IMG/VR virus record: IMGVR_UViG_3300008448_000014
Coordinates: 32,001 to 96,000 of that record
Length of the DNA: 64,000 nt
Direction: 5' to 3' (one strand)
Origin: a virus
Shown here in pieces: positions 9,126 through 19,911 of the stretch (the first letter of the stretch is position 1; every line of letters starts with the position of its first letter). Under the pieces are notes generated by a model. That model saw nothing but the letters and a program-made list of their open reading frames with translations, did no database searches and was not told the origin of the DNA. The position numbers and the translations under genes were made by a program.

Positions 9126-9894
9126 GTTTCATAATTTTTTGAAGTTTTAACCAACTAATTTTCTCATTCTGTTTAAATACGTAATCATTTATTATTAAAT
9201 CACTATCTCCTGTATTCTCTATTAAGTTATTTAATATAGGATTTAGTTTATTCTCGTAAGGAGTTTTAATACCTGCAATCATCATTTTAATAGCTTTTAC
9301 AAGACTTCTTGGTGTATTATAATTCTTTTCAGAACTATTAAATGATTCATTTTGTATTAATACACACAATTGCTCAAAGATTTCATCTGTCACCATAAAC
9401 TTAGCCATATATTCTTTCCAAGCTGATTTATCAAATGCAATATTATACCATATAAATCTTTCTTTAATCTGTGGTGTAATAATTGTAGCTCCTTGTGGAT
9501 TAGCTGCTGCTACAATCATAATCTTTGGAAGCTTTTTACCACTAATCAATTCTCTGTTCTCTAATATAGTTAAACATGCATTTAACACCATTGTATTAGC
9601 ATTTAATAACTCATCAAAGAATAGTATATCACCATCTTTTAGAGATGTAAACATTTTGGTATCAAAATACTCCACTTCTTTTTGTTCATGAACAGGAAGT
9701 AACATACCACTAACCTCGTGAGGCATTAATTGACTTGCAATAATATCTAAACACTTAACACCTTTTTCTTTAGCAAACTGCTTTATCACTTCTGTCTTTC
9801 CTATACCAGGATTTGATAGAAATAAAGGAATACAGGTTTGCCTTAATTCTTCATCTTCATAAATCTTTTCTAACACATTTAATAGTTCTCTCAT
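9106..9894 (-). CDS. MoxR-family AAA+ ATPase
   Basis: SNPGIGKT, ILFFDE, IVAAANP, KERF, TPRS; likely start ATG 9894. Confidence 0.85.
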   Translation of the reverse strand: MRELLNVLEKIYEDEELRQTCIPLFLSNPGIGKTEVIKQFAKEKGVKCLDIIASQLMPHEVSGMLLPVHEQKEVEYFDTKMFTSLKDGDILFFDELLNANTMVLNACLTILENRELISGKKLPKIMIVAAANPQGATIITPQIKERFIWYNIAFDKSAWKEYMAKFMVTDEIFEQLCVLIQNESFNSSEKNYNTPRSLVKAIKMMIAGIKTPYENKLNPILNNLIENTGDSDLIINDYVFKQNEKISWLKLQKIMKHGIITE

Positions 9895-9907
9895 TGTTTT
9901 TCTAGTT

Positions 9908-10940
9908 TTAATTATTCTTATTTTCAAATTTTATTAATTCATTATATAATGATTCTGGAATTTCTTCCCAATCATGCCCATCATAATTTTCAATACTCCA
10001 ATAAAATTTATCATTTACTTTTTTAATATGCAATCCTCCATAATAGTTTCCTATATTGCCAATTTCTCTTTCCATTTATTATTTTTTAGGTTCTACAAAT
10101 ATTTTTAATGTTCTACCATCATCTTGATATGATAATTCTACATCAGAATTATATATTACATATGCTCTTCCTGTATGATCTATCACTTCAAGTCTTGTAA
10201 CTTTAGGTAGTTTATAAATTCCATCAACTATTACTTCTCCATCTTTCATAATCCTTTTTCTTTTTTATATATTTCTAATAGTTCTTTAGTTGAATGATTA
10301 ATCCAAAGTTCTGAATGAAATTGAATCCACTTTGCAAACTCAATAGCAAATTCATCTGCTATTTGCTCTATGATTTCAGCATCCTCAAAAATTGGAATAA
10401 CATAATAGCTTCCTTTATTTGTGGCTTTTGCAAACCTATCTCTTAGTGTCATAAATGTATTTGTATTTTTCTTGTTTCACATCCCATTTTATGTTTACCT
10501 CCTGCTAAATTACAATAAGCACACTTCTCTGTAATAATCTTATATCCTGTATCAATAGGCTTAAAGTCTTTAACTATATAGTCTTTAAAACCAAAACTAT
10601 CTAATGACATACCTCTAGACATATAAGGACCACCTGAAGGGTCAACCATATCAATCTCATTTTTTAATGAATCAACCATCTTTACATATTCAGGATAATG
10701 ATATGTATGAGTTTCATCATCCCATTCATGTACAGCTTTCTTAAATAATTCTAAAGACATTCTTTCTCCATTGTAAAAGTTTTCTATATGATCTTTGCAA
10801 TATTTATCATATGCTTTTGTATAATCATTTGGCATACCTATTCTACAATATTCAAAATTACCTTGCCATAAGATGTCTTGATTTTCATCTTCTGTATATG
10901 TGAATATATCACCATATCTATTTTTATAAGTTTTTTCCAT
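9908..10940 (-). other. Small hypothetical CDSs (9908-10075 and 10079-10249 below the ORF-track cutoff; 10246-10452; 10449-10940)
   Basis: Manual translation (MEREIGNIGNYYGGLH..., MKDGEVIVDGIYKLPKVTRLEVID...) plus ORF track. Confidence 0.6.
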
Positions 10941-10944
10941 AATA

Positions 10945-11562
10945 TTAAATATCTGTTGCTCCTATACTATCTGTTTCTTTTGTATTAATTCCTTCTTTTA
11001 ATAATTCTATAAAAGGTTCATAACTTCTCTGATTCAGATATGTTGAAGAGTTTTGCATATATTTTAGTTTGTTAGTGTTTTCTTTAAATGAAGCCTCTTT
11101 CTTTTGTAAAACATCAAGATTTAAAGCATCAATTAATTGTTTAGATGTGTATTCTCCTTCAAGAAGTATTTTATCAAACTTAACTCTACAATCATCAGGA
11201 TTTTGTCTTAATGTTCTACTTCCTGTAAATGTTTTACCTTTGTATGTAAAAGTATCTGTACCAGGAAATGTCTTATACCACTGTTCAAACTCTGTAACTG
11301 TTTTCTTTTTGATAATCTTCTTTTGTCCTTTACTTTCAAGGAATAATAAAAGCTCAACACCATGGGTAGTAATTTTACTATCATCTGTAATGAGGCCTTT
11401 TCTTAGCAGTCCTTGTTGTAATCCAGCAATTTTCATACTTTCTTCTCCTAATTCACTTATATCAAATCCTTCATTAACTAGTTTTAGTAAGAAGATGTGA
11501 TCTAAACTGTAAGATCTTTTTTGTAGTTCTATAAAATGATGATTTTCTAATGTAATTTTCAT
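10945..11562 (-). CDS. Replication initiator / replisome-organiser-like protein
   Basis: N-terminal winged-helix-like region; C-terminal FEQWYKTFP...YMQNSSTYLNQRSYE pattern. Confidence 0.55.
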   Translation of the reverse strand: MKITLENHHFIELQKRSYSLDHIFLLKLVNEGFDISELGEESMKIAGLQQGLLRKGLITDDSKITTHGVELLLFLESKGQKKIIKKKTVTEFEQWYKTFPGTDTFTYKGKTFTGSRTLRQNPDDCRVKFDKILLEGEYTSKQLIDALNLDVLQKKEASFKENTNKLKYMQNSSTYLNQRSYEPFIELLKEGINTKETDSIGATDI

Positions 11563-11818
11563 TAAATATTATTTTTGCTGGTTTTCTGTTCTGTTCTTTT
11601 TCCCATTTTTCCCATGATGCTTGTAAATCCATTTCTCTTTCAAGAGCATATATATAATCATGGTCATATTCTTTCTCCCAATCTATATCCATAACTAATT
11701 ATCAGTTATAATTGCTAAAACAAATAATACAATTAATATACATACATAAACTGTATTAGCTTTTTTCATTACTTTTTTATATTCAATTGATTCTTCTTCT
11801 TCTGTCATATTTTTATAT

Positions 11819-12019
11819 TTATTTAATTTGAATAATTAATTCTTTATTTAGTTTATTACAAAACTTTTCTAATTGGTCTAATGATAAATCTAATCTACCA
11901 CTTAACCATTGAGTCATATTTGGCGTATGAGCTTTATATCCTAACATTATACAAAAATCTGTCTGAGAGCAATTATAGCTTTGAAATAAGTCCCATAATA
12001 TTTGATTAGATTGTTTCAT
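11819..12019 (-). CDS. XRE-type HTH protein
   Basis: SQTDFCIMLG...MTQWLSG...LSLDQLEKFCNKL. Confidence 0.65.
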   Translation of the reverse strand: MKQSNQILWDLFQSYNCSQTDFCIMLGYKAHTPNMTQWLSGRLDLSLDQLEKFCNKLNKELIIQIK

Positions 12020-12461
12020 AATCCTTTTATTCTAAGACCATAAGCCATATCAAACTGGTCAAACCATTTCTCTCCTCTTAGTCTGTTACATTTATAAATC
12101 TTTCTAATCAATTTAATGGCATATTTTTTAAATTCATTATGCTGTTCTCTAGTCATAGTGAAATTAAAATACCATCTGTCATCATCTATAGCATCTAATC
12201 TAGTTTTACCAACCATATTAAGTTCATAGTCTACAAGATGCTGAACTAAGTTTTCTCTTGTAAGTTTTTCCATAATTATAATTTCTTTAATCTATTATAA
12301 CATCTTAATTCACAATGAAATTCATGTTCAACTTCACATTCAACTTCTTTATGGTCTACATGTTGAAGTATAAATAATAATTTTTCATAATCAAAATCTT
12401 CTTTTTTATATTTTTTAAGAAGTTTATGCTTTTTAATTATTTTTTTAATAAATTTTATCAT
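12016..12461 (-). other. Two hypothetical CDSs (12016-12273, 12276-12461)
   Basis: ORF track. Confidence 0.55.
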
Positions 12462-13135
12462 AATTTTTTAAATGTTTTATTAATCCATTCTGCAAACAAC
12501 AATAACTCTTCAACTGTAGCAGAATTTTTAATTGTATTAGCTTTCATTGAAATAATTTGTATATTACCTTTTATATATCCTTTAGTGTTATCAATTCTGT
12601 CTACAGAAGGCGAAAATTTATAATTATCTTTAGTTCCTTGTATTATAGGCTGTAACAGAATAGGACATATTTTTGGTATAACAATATCTTCTAGAGTAAT
12701 ATTAAATTCTATTCCTTTTTTTAAAGCTCTATCTTTACAACCTTTTAACAAAACTGCAGAAATATTTCTTAATCTACTTTCTCTTTTTTGTTTATTAATT
12801 TTTTCTTTAAAAATAGGATCATTATGTATTTTTTCTTTTCTTACAGCTCCAGATTTTTTAGCATATTCAGAAACTTTGTGTTTTTCTGAACAACATGTTT
12901 TACACCAAGTGTGTAATCCACCTTGTAATCCTGCATTTTTTGAAAACTCTTTTGCAGGTTTTGTTTTTTTACAACAAAAACAAGTTTTTTCAGTTAATGT
13001 TATTTCATATCTTTTAGTTTGTTTGATTAATGATGCACACTTTCTACAAGTACTTATAGTACCATCTAATGTTAATTTTGAATTTACAAATTCAATTAAA
13101 GGTTTTTCAATATTGCAATGTTTACAAATCTTCAT
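12458..13135 (-). CDS. HNH-type homing endonuclease with two N-terminal Zn fingers
   Basis: CxxC pairs; PSVDRIDNTKGYIKGNIQIISMKANTIK; likely start ATG 13135 (MKICKHC). Confidence 0.85.
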   Translation of the reverse strand: MKICKHCNIEKPLIEFVNSKLTLDGTISTCRKCASLIKQTKRYEITLTEKTCFCCKKTKPAKEFSKNAGLQGGLHTWCKTCCSEKHKVSEYAKKSGAVRKEKIHNDPIFKEKINKQKRESRLRNISAVLLKGCKDRALKKGIEFNITLEDIVIPKICPILLQPIIQGTKDNYKFSPSVDRIDNTKGYIKGNIQIISMKANTIKNSATVEELLLFAEWINKTFKKL

Positions 13136-13141
13136 AATTAC

Positions 13142-13186
13142 TTTATTTAATGAGCTCAAATTTACTTAAAGAACTCATTAAATAAA
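13142..13186 (-). promoter_or_regulatory. Inverted repeat enclosing a TAAATTTG -7 box upstream of the HNH gene
   Basis: 13-bp arms tttatttaatgag (13142-13154) and ctcattaaataaa (13174-13186); box at 13157-13164. Confidence 0.7.
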
Positions 13187-13211
13187 AATATTTAACAAGA
13201 AATTAACATTA

Positions 13212-15242
13212 TCACTTTGCATCATACCAAGAATTTCCATAATGTGCGTCTGCCTTGATTTTTAATGTTTGTAAATAATGGTTTCCACCTTCAATCATAG
13301 CTTCTTCAACTTTAGTTCTAGCTAATTCTGCTAAATCTACAGGACATTCTATTACTAATTCATCATGTACAGAATTACATATTTTAATTATATTAATATA
13401 ATTATTATCAACTATCCAATCAAAAAGTATTAAAGCACTTCTCTTAATCATCATGGCACTTCTGGCTTGAACAGGGTTGTTAAGGCATAAACGTTGGTAT
13501 TCAGATTTAAGTTTAAAAAATTGACTCACTTCTGTTTTCTTTGACTTATAATATGTCACAGCTTTAGGAAATATATATGTATATTCATTTCCTTTTTCTT
13601 TCTCATCAAACTTCTTTTTATAATCTAATTTACCTTGTTTATATAACTGCCATTGTTCTTTAGTTATAGCCTCAACTTTACCTTTGTATTCATTAAACTT
13701 ATCAAACTTTGGTAGAGCTAGTTTCCAACCATCTGCAGATTCTATATATCCTTGCTTAACAGCTTTATTGAATTCTTCTGCTCCCCATGTATACAATCCT
13801 TCATGAAGTTCTTTAAAAGCATCTTCAATTCTATATGCTTGTACTAATGGTATTCCTTCATTTTGATGAATAGTATATGCAGAACCACCATATTGAAATG
13901 CAAACCTTGGACTCTTTGCTGCTTGTCTTTTAGATTTATGTTCTTTAATGATTGTTTCATCATCAAGTTCTTCTAATTCTGGATATAAAACTCTAGCAAA
14001 AGCACAATGCAAATCATCTCCATTAACTACAGAAGATGTCATTGCAGCATCTCCAGATAAATCTGCAGCTACAACAGTTTCTTGACCACTATAATCACAA
14101 ACAATAATTACATTACCTTTATTAGCTTTAAAACACTTTCTTGTAATACTATCAGAAGGAAAATTTAAAAAGTTTATATTTCCTTTTCTAGTAGATAGTC
14201 TAGCTGTATCAACCATAGGATTAAAGTTAGTGTATATACGTTCATTCTCTATTTGCTTGTATATACTTTCTCCAAAGGTTGTAACTCTATGATTAGCTTC
14301 TTGAAAACTAAGCCACATATCAACAAAATCATGTTTAGATTTCTTTATAATGTTTTCTCCAATACTATCTTTACCATCTTTATCCTTTGTAGGGATACCA
14401 AAAGCATTAAAGACTTTAAGCATTTGTGATGGTGAATTAATAGATACATGTATTCTTTTCTTTGTGTCAAACATATCTATTTGTCCATCTGCAAATTGTG
14501 GAAGATTATCATATATATACTCTTCAATTATAGTTTTCCATTTGAATGTATTTTCTATGTCTTCAACCATTTTATCTTTCCATGATTTAGAGCTAATAGG
14601 AAGCCCACATTGCTCAATATATGCTAAAGCTCTAATATATCTACAATGAAGATTATATGTCTCTGTAAAGCCTCTTTTATTGATTTTAAGCATTAATGCA
14701 TCATGTAACTCAATAAGTCTATCAACATCATTAAATGAATACTCAATTGTACTCTGTTGGCTTAATTTAACTATATGAATATTCTTTTGGTCTGTTTTGT
14801 CATATATAACATCAAGTTCTCTTTCCATCACTTTACCAAAATCATGTCTATAAGGCATAAAGTCTTTATCAACTTGTCCATTATATATAATCTTACTAGC
14901 AAGCATTGTATCTCTAACATCTTTAGGATAGAATCCATACTTATAACAAAACCCTACATCAAATAATGCATTATGAAATATTAATGTCTTGCTCTCTATA
15001 TAAGGAACCAAATCACTAAACTTATAACTATTTTCTCCACTAGTATATAAGTCTATAATATAATTGTTTTTTCCTGTTCCAATTTGTACACAAAATATAT
15101 CACAATGTCTTGGTTGAAGTCCACTAGTTTCTGTGTCTATTCCTATAATATCAGGTAAAATTAAATCAGTTAAATCACAGTAATTATACTTACCAATTTT
15201 TTCAAAATATTTTTTATTTTTAGTTATAATAAAATTTGCCAT
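13212..15242 (-). CDS. polA: Family A DNA polymerase with 3'-5' exonuclease
   Basis: ExoI DTETSG, ExoII HNALFD, ExoIII YSFND, TARLS, motif A DYSGQE, motif B RQAAKSPRFAFQYG, motif C VHDE. Confidence 0.95.
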   Translation of the reverse strand: MANFIITKNKKYFEKIGKYNYCDLTDLILPDIIGIDTETSGLQPRHCDIFCVQIGTGKNNYIIDLYTSGENSYKFSDLVPYIESKTLIFHNALFDVGFCYKYGFYPKDVRDTMLASKIIYNGQVDKDFMPYRHDFGKVMERELDVIYDKTDQKNIHIVKLSQQSTIEYSFNDVDRLIELHDALMLKINKRGFTETYNLHCRYIRALAYIEQCGLPISSKSWKDKMVEDIENTFKWKTIIEEYIYDNLPQFADGQIDMFDTKKRIHVSINSPSQMLKVFNAFGIPTKDKDGKDSIGENIIKKSKHDFVDMWLSFQEANHRVTTFGESIYKQIENERIYTNFNPMVDTARLSTRKGNINFLNFPSDSITRKCFKANKGNVIIVCDYSGQETVVAADLSGDAAMTSSVVNGDDLHCAFARVLYPELEELDDETIIKEHKSKRQAAKSPRFAFQYGGSAYTIHQNEGIPLVQAYRIEDAFKELHEGLYTWGAEEFNKAVKQGYIESADGWKLALPKFDKFNEYKGKVEAITKEQWQLYKQGKLDYKKKFDEKEKGNEYTYIFPKAVTYYKSKKTEVSQFFKLKSEYQRLCLNNPVQARSAMMIKRSALILFDWIVDNNYINIIKICNSVHDELVIECPVDLAELARTKVEEAMIEGGNHYLQTLKIKADAHYGNSWYDAK

Positions 15243-16003
15243 TATTTGTTTCTTTTTACTTTTTTAAAGAATAATCCTTTATAAGATTTGTTATTTTTAA
15301 TTGCTCTAAATATATTTTGATAAGATACTATTTTATTTTTTAAATACTTTTTATTAAATTTTTTAGCATTAATATTGTAAAACTCAATATAATCAGGAAT
15401 TGGTAAATCATTTTCTTTTGTTCTAGAAAATCTATCTATTTCCAAAGTATTATCAAATCTTCTAAAAAAGTTCATATTAATATCATACACTTCTATGTCA
15501 TCAAACATATTTTTTCTAGCATCAGAAATGTTATTACATACTAAACCTTTATTCCAAGAAGGTTTACCTTTTTTAATATTAGATAAATGTTGCCTGTAAT
15601 TTTCATTATTTTTATATCTTTCCTTTAATGTATCACTTATTTTTTTCTTTACATCACTATTACAAGGAGGTTGAGTAGTAACATCACTTATATTGTATCC
15701 ATTTTTAATACTATTAAAAAAGTTTATATAAAAAGATTCTTTTTCTCTTATAAAAGGTATATTATTATTTTCTAATATTTCTATTACAGAAAATTCAAAA
15801 TTTTCTATACCATGTTTTAAAACAGAATTATTTAAATAACTATTATGATGGTTACCTGTCTTAAGTTTTCTTACATGTTCAGTATATCTTCTTTTAAAAG
15901 TCATTTTTGTTGACCCAATGTAAACTTTATTATTTAATAAGTTTTTTATCATATAAACTCCTGAAAGTTTAAATGTTTCTAAATTTGGTATTGCTATTTT
16001 CAT
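15242..16003 (-). CDS. GIY-YIG homing endonuclease
   Basis: SGVYMIKNLLNNKVYIGST...RRYTEH; NUMOD-like PSWNKG; stop overlaps the polA start (TAATG). Confidence 0.9.
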   Translation of the reverse strand: MKIAIPNLETFKLSGVYMIKNLLNNKVYIGSTKMTFKRRYTEHVRKLKTGNHHNSYLNNSVLKHGIENFEFSVIEILENNNIPFIREKESFYINFFNSIKNGYNISDVTTQPPCNSDVKKKISDTLKERYKNNENYRQHLSNIKKGKPSWNKGLVCNNISDARKNMFDDIEVYDINMNFFRRFDNTLEIDRFSRTKENDLPIPDYIEFYNINAKKFNKKYLKNKIVSYQNIFRAIKNNKSYKGLFFKKVKRNK

Positions 16004-16007
16004 AGCA

Positions 16008-16039
16008 CAAATATATAAAATTTACATTAGATACACAAA
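16008..16039 (-). promoter_or_regulatory. Bacteroidota promoter: TTTG (-33), 20-nt spacer, TATATTTG (-7)
   Basis: caaa at 16036-16039 and caaatata at 16008-16015; 4 nt before the endonuclease ATG. Confidence 0.75.
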
Positions 16040-16061
16040 CATTTTTAAACATTAGTTAGTT

Positions 16062-16184
16062 TTAACCTGTTGTTTCACTATCACAAGCAATTACATCTGG
16101 AAGAATCATATCTTCTAAACTACAATAATTGTAATCACCAATGCTTTCAAACTGTTCTTTATTCTTGCATACTATATAGTTCAT
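16062..16184 (-). pseudogene. Orphan 40-codon 5' stub of polA
   Basis: MNYIVCKNKEQFESIGDYNYCSLEDMILPDVIACDSETTG*; 25/40 identical to the start of PolA at 15242 by manual alignment. Confidence 0.93.
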
Positions 16185-17637
16185 CGTCTTCTTCTTCTGT
16201 TAAAAATTTAAGTACCACCTTCTGTTCTACAAAGTTAGGAATAATTGTTGAGATTTCCTCATCATAAAATGATTCATGTATCTCAATATCAAGCCATCCA
16301 TCATACTCATTAATTATAACATTTATATCTTTAAGGGATATAGGTCTTAATTCATCAACATGAACTCCTTCATCCCACCAACCTATTTCATGTGGTTCAG
16401 CAAGAATATCTCCATTTTCGTCAATAATACACACTTCCATAGGTGCACCATGTTCAACTAAAAACTTTTCCTTATCAAAAGGAATAGTTTCTAGTTCCCA
16501 TAATATTGTTTCATGTTCAGTAACTCTGACAAACAACATTCCTTTCTCTAGTTCTTTAGGCATATAACTCCTAAGAACTAATTCTGCTTCATAATTGTAC
16601 ATGTCATTTTATATTAGTTAATGGATAAGCATCATAAACAGATTGAGGGTTAATGTAACGCTCGCTGTAATCAGTGCCATTAATCATTTGCCTCATAGTT
16701 GTTATTTTTGCTTCTTTAATAACTTTATCTAAAGCCTCTTTTACGTGCATTTGTGCAAATTCAATCATAGCATAATTAATATCATCTCCTGATAATATAT
16801 CAGTAGGTAAATTTTCTCTTTTTAAAAATTCTTCTGCTGTTGGTATATTTTTCATATTATATAATTCTTTCATAGTTATGTCTAATAATACTATCTATCT
16901 TATTACTCAAATCTGTTAAATATGTGCTAGAACTTATTTCAGGAAAACCATACACTTTTGTTATTAATTCTTCACAAACTGGAAGTAAATCTTCCACTTT
17001 ATCTTTAAATCTTTTAGATAAAGGTTTTAGTTCATCTATTTCATGTGTATAATCAGCTAATAAAGCCATTAATACAGTGACTGTGTGACATATTTGTGCT
17101 TCTCTTTTTGGTGTCATAACTTTTCTATTTTTTGTTTAATTTCTTGCCAATAAATTATTCTTGATTTCATCCAAACTTCACCACATTCTAAAAGTTCTTC
17201 AATAATTTCATCAACTGCTATTAATCCACATTGTTTTGCTATTGATGTGCAAAGTATTTCGTTACCGCATTCAGTGGCTTCGTTCATTAAAATAATACGA
17301 TACTGATTTACTAACTCTTCTGCTTTTTCTTTTGGTGTCATAATGTTATTAATTCTTCTTGTTCTACACTAATTTTATTTGTTACTTCTTCTATTTTTCT
17401 AAATCTATCTATTCTAAATGTAGGTTCCATAAATTTATTTACTAATTTAAACCATCTTGGTGGATTAATTATCTCTTCAAGTCTAACTCCTACAACAAAA
17501 TCAGAATCAACAATATCTCTTATAGTGTATTGTTTATCTTTAACTACCCAATTAGGACAATCTTTTAATAATTCTGCTACAGTATGTGGCTGCATTGAGC
17601 TATCAATGCAAACCACTTTGTCTCCTATATCAAACAT
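16159..17637 (-). other. Cluster of hypothetical CDSs (16159-16602, 16604-16873, 16857-17117, 17114-17341, 17338-17637)
   Basis: ORF track; overlapping stop/start codons. Confidence 0.7.
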
Positions 17638-18098
17638 AAATCATCAAATCTAACAGGTGTATAATTAATCATCTCTGCACATACATTAATATATCTAGCA
17701 TCATCTAAACTGTTTTGATGAACATGTCCATGAATATTATATGAATATCTAAACTCAAGTTGTGAAGGATGTATAGGACAATGTGTAAGAATAGCTTTTT
17801 TTTTATAATCTATCATTCCTGCTACACTATGTACATAATTTAACATTTCTTTTACATGTTGCCTTTGGTCATGATTACCAAGAACAACATTTATTAGACC
17901 TTGTAATCTACCTAAGATTTCATATTGTTTCTTTTCCATTGTTATATCTCCAAGTAAAAACACTACATCTTTTTTAGATATAGTGTTATTCCAGTTCTTT
18001 ACAATAAGCTCATTCATTTCTTCTGCAGAGCTAAATCCTCTTCTGATAGCCATATTCTCATGATGAAAATGTGGATCACTAAATAAATATGTACTCAT
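17625..18098 (-). CDS. Calcineurin-like metallophosphoesterase
   Basis: SDPHF, LGD, LGNHD, THCP, HGHVH motifs. Confidence 0.9.
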   Translation of the reverse strand: MSTYLFSDPHFHHENMAIRRGFSSAEEMNELIVKNWNNTISKKDVVFLLGDITMEKKQYEILGRLQGLINVVLGNHDQRQHVKEMLNYVHSVAGMIDYKKKAILTHCPIHPSQLEFRYSYNIHGHVHQNSLDDARYINVCAEMINYTPVRFDDLCLI

Positions 18099-18101
18099 AT
18101 A

Positions 18102-18479
18102 TCAATCATTATGAAATTCAACCATATATCCTTTGGCTATTAGTATTCTAAGACATGTATCATCATCAAATAACTGTACAGCCACTTTATCTCCATCTTC
18201 ATCAAGACATTCTACTATCTGATAACCAGCACCATCTGTAGTTTTACCTTCTTTAGCACCACTAATTTGATGTAATATTAATGTTTTACCACTAGAATAG
18301 TAAAACACAATATCTCTCACTCCTTTGGGATTAAATACAACTGTAACATCAGTTTCTTCCCATGGTTGCACTACATCATTTTTCTTTGATATAATAGAAT
18401 TGTATTTCTTAACAAATGTTTCTTGTGCAAACATTGATGCACTTAATAGCAATAAGCTACAAATTAATAATTTTTTCAT
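18102..18479 (-). CDS. Secreted or periplasmic protein with a Sec signal peptide
   Basis: Likely start MKKLLICSLLLLSASMFA|QETF, a Bacteroidota-type signal with Gln at +1. Confidence 0.65.
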   Translation of the reverse strand: MKKLLICSLLLLSASMFAQETFVKKYNSIISKKNDVVQPWEETDVTVVFNPKGVRDIVFYYSSGKTLILHQISGAKEGKTTDGAGYQIVECLDEDGDKVAVQLFDDDTCLRILIAKGYMVEFHND

Positions 18480-18483
18480 AATT

Positions 18484-19909
18484 TTATTGTTTAAATGTTT
18501 CGTTGTAGTATTGTTCATCTTCTTTATACATAGCACCATTATCTCTAAAATCTTGCCGTCCATTATGTCTTGCTGATTTTATATTTTGCTTTTCCATTTC
18601 TTTGGCTTGTTTTAAAATTTCTTTTTTAATGACATTACCTTTCATTTGATAATAATTATCTAATTCTTGAAATAACCATTCTACTACTGTTTGTTTCATA
18701 TCTTATTTGTTTTTAAATTGTTTAAACCAATCTTTTGCAGTTATACAAGGTAATCTGTTTTGATTACACCTAATACAAAATTCTGCATACTCTTGCATAT
18801 CTTCCTCACTATACATTCTTTCAGCTTGCCATTTAGCACCATCAATAACTAAATCCATTAATGCTTTATAATTATCATTGTCAAATGCTCTTGATACTTT
18901 TTCAGCAAATTCTTCAAGTGTTTCTTTATTCATGTTATTTCTTTTTAAATTAAAATTTATTATTCAGCCAAGTATAACATCTAAGTTTATATTGCGTATC
19001 ATTTTCATGCTCAAATCTTTTAGGTAAGTTACCTAGTTCATTTTGTTCTTGTTGCCATTTTGCGCCAGCTATCCAATTAGGTTTCCTTACTTTATTTTGA
19101 TAATCTAAAGATTCATCTCCAGTATTAATAGGAAATAATCTTTCAGCCACTTCCTCAAGCGTTTCTTGTTTATTAACTTTTATTCTTTTTCCTAAATGAA
19201 TTATAGAATTTCCACAAATTTTACATAGACCTTTCATTACATCAAAATCAGGTTCTTTACAAGTACAATCAGGTAATAAAAAACAATCTTGTTTAGGTTC
19301 TTCTTTTGGAATGATTTGCCCCATTTCTAAACCACCAGCATAATCCTCATTAATAATTTGTTGAGTTGTTCTTGGAATGATGATTTTGTATTCTCCAAAT
19401 GTTTTAAGTATTTTTTCAGCTCCTGTAATACCTCTATTATTAAACTTTACCTCAACACTCTTACAACTTGGATTCTTCACAAACCATTCAAGGAAATCAT
19501 CTGGTATGGATTGTATACCTTGTTTGATTAAATCTTGGTCTGTTGTAAGAATTACCTTTTTATCTCCTTCTTGAAAATATAGAAACGCAACACCATCAAT
19601 GGTTTTAAAACCTAAAACACCTTGACTGATTTCTGCTTTAGTTAATCTACCACTTTTAAGTATAACACTATCTCCTTCTTTAATTTCTTCATTGTTGGTG
19701 ATGTATATGTTATGAGTTTTAAATGAAGAAGTAATATCTCTAAAACTACCATTTAAGGTAGTGTATTGAATAACATCATCAATAGTAATTGTTTCATTAT
19801 ATCTCCACCAAGATATACATTCATTTGAAGTTCCTCTCCAAAGATGTCTTAACAGTAAATCTCCTTTAATTGGATTTTTATCTGTTGGCAATACGTGTAT
19901 GTTTTTCAT
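18484..19909 (-). other. Three hypothetical CDSs (18484-18699, 18703-18933, 18950-19909); the last two share an ETLEE...GAKWQ module
   Basis: ORF track; NKETLEEFAE..GAKWQAE versus NKQETLEEVAE..GAKWQQE. Confidence 0.7.
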
Positions 19910-19911
19910 AT

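Noticed and set aside
15119-16065. Group I intron in polA, with the stub ending in U as a 5' splice site
   Set aside because: Only ~58 nt of AT-rich promoter DNA lies upstream of the endonuclease and none downstream, so there is no room for a catalytic core. polA also has its own complete N-terminus.
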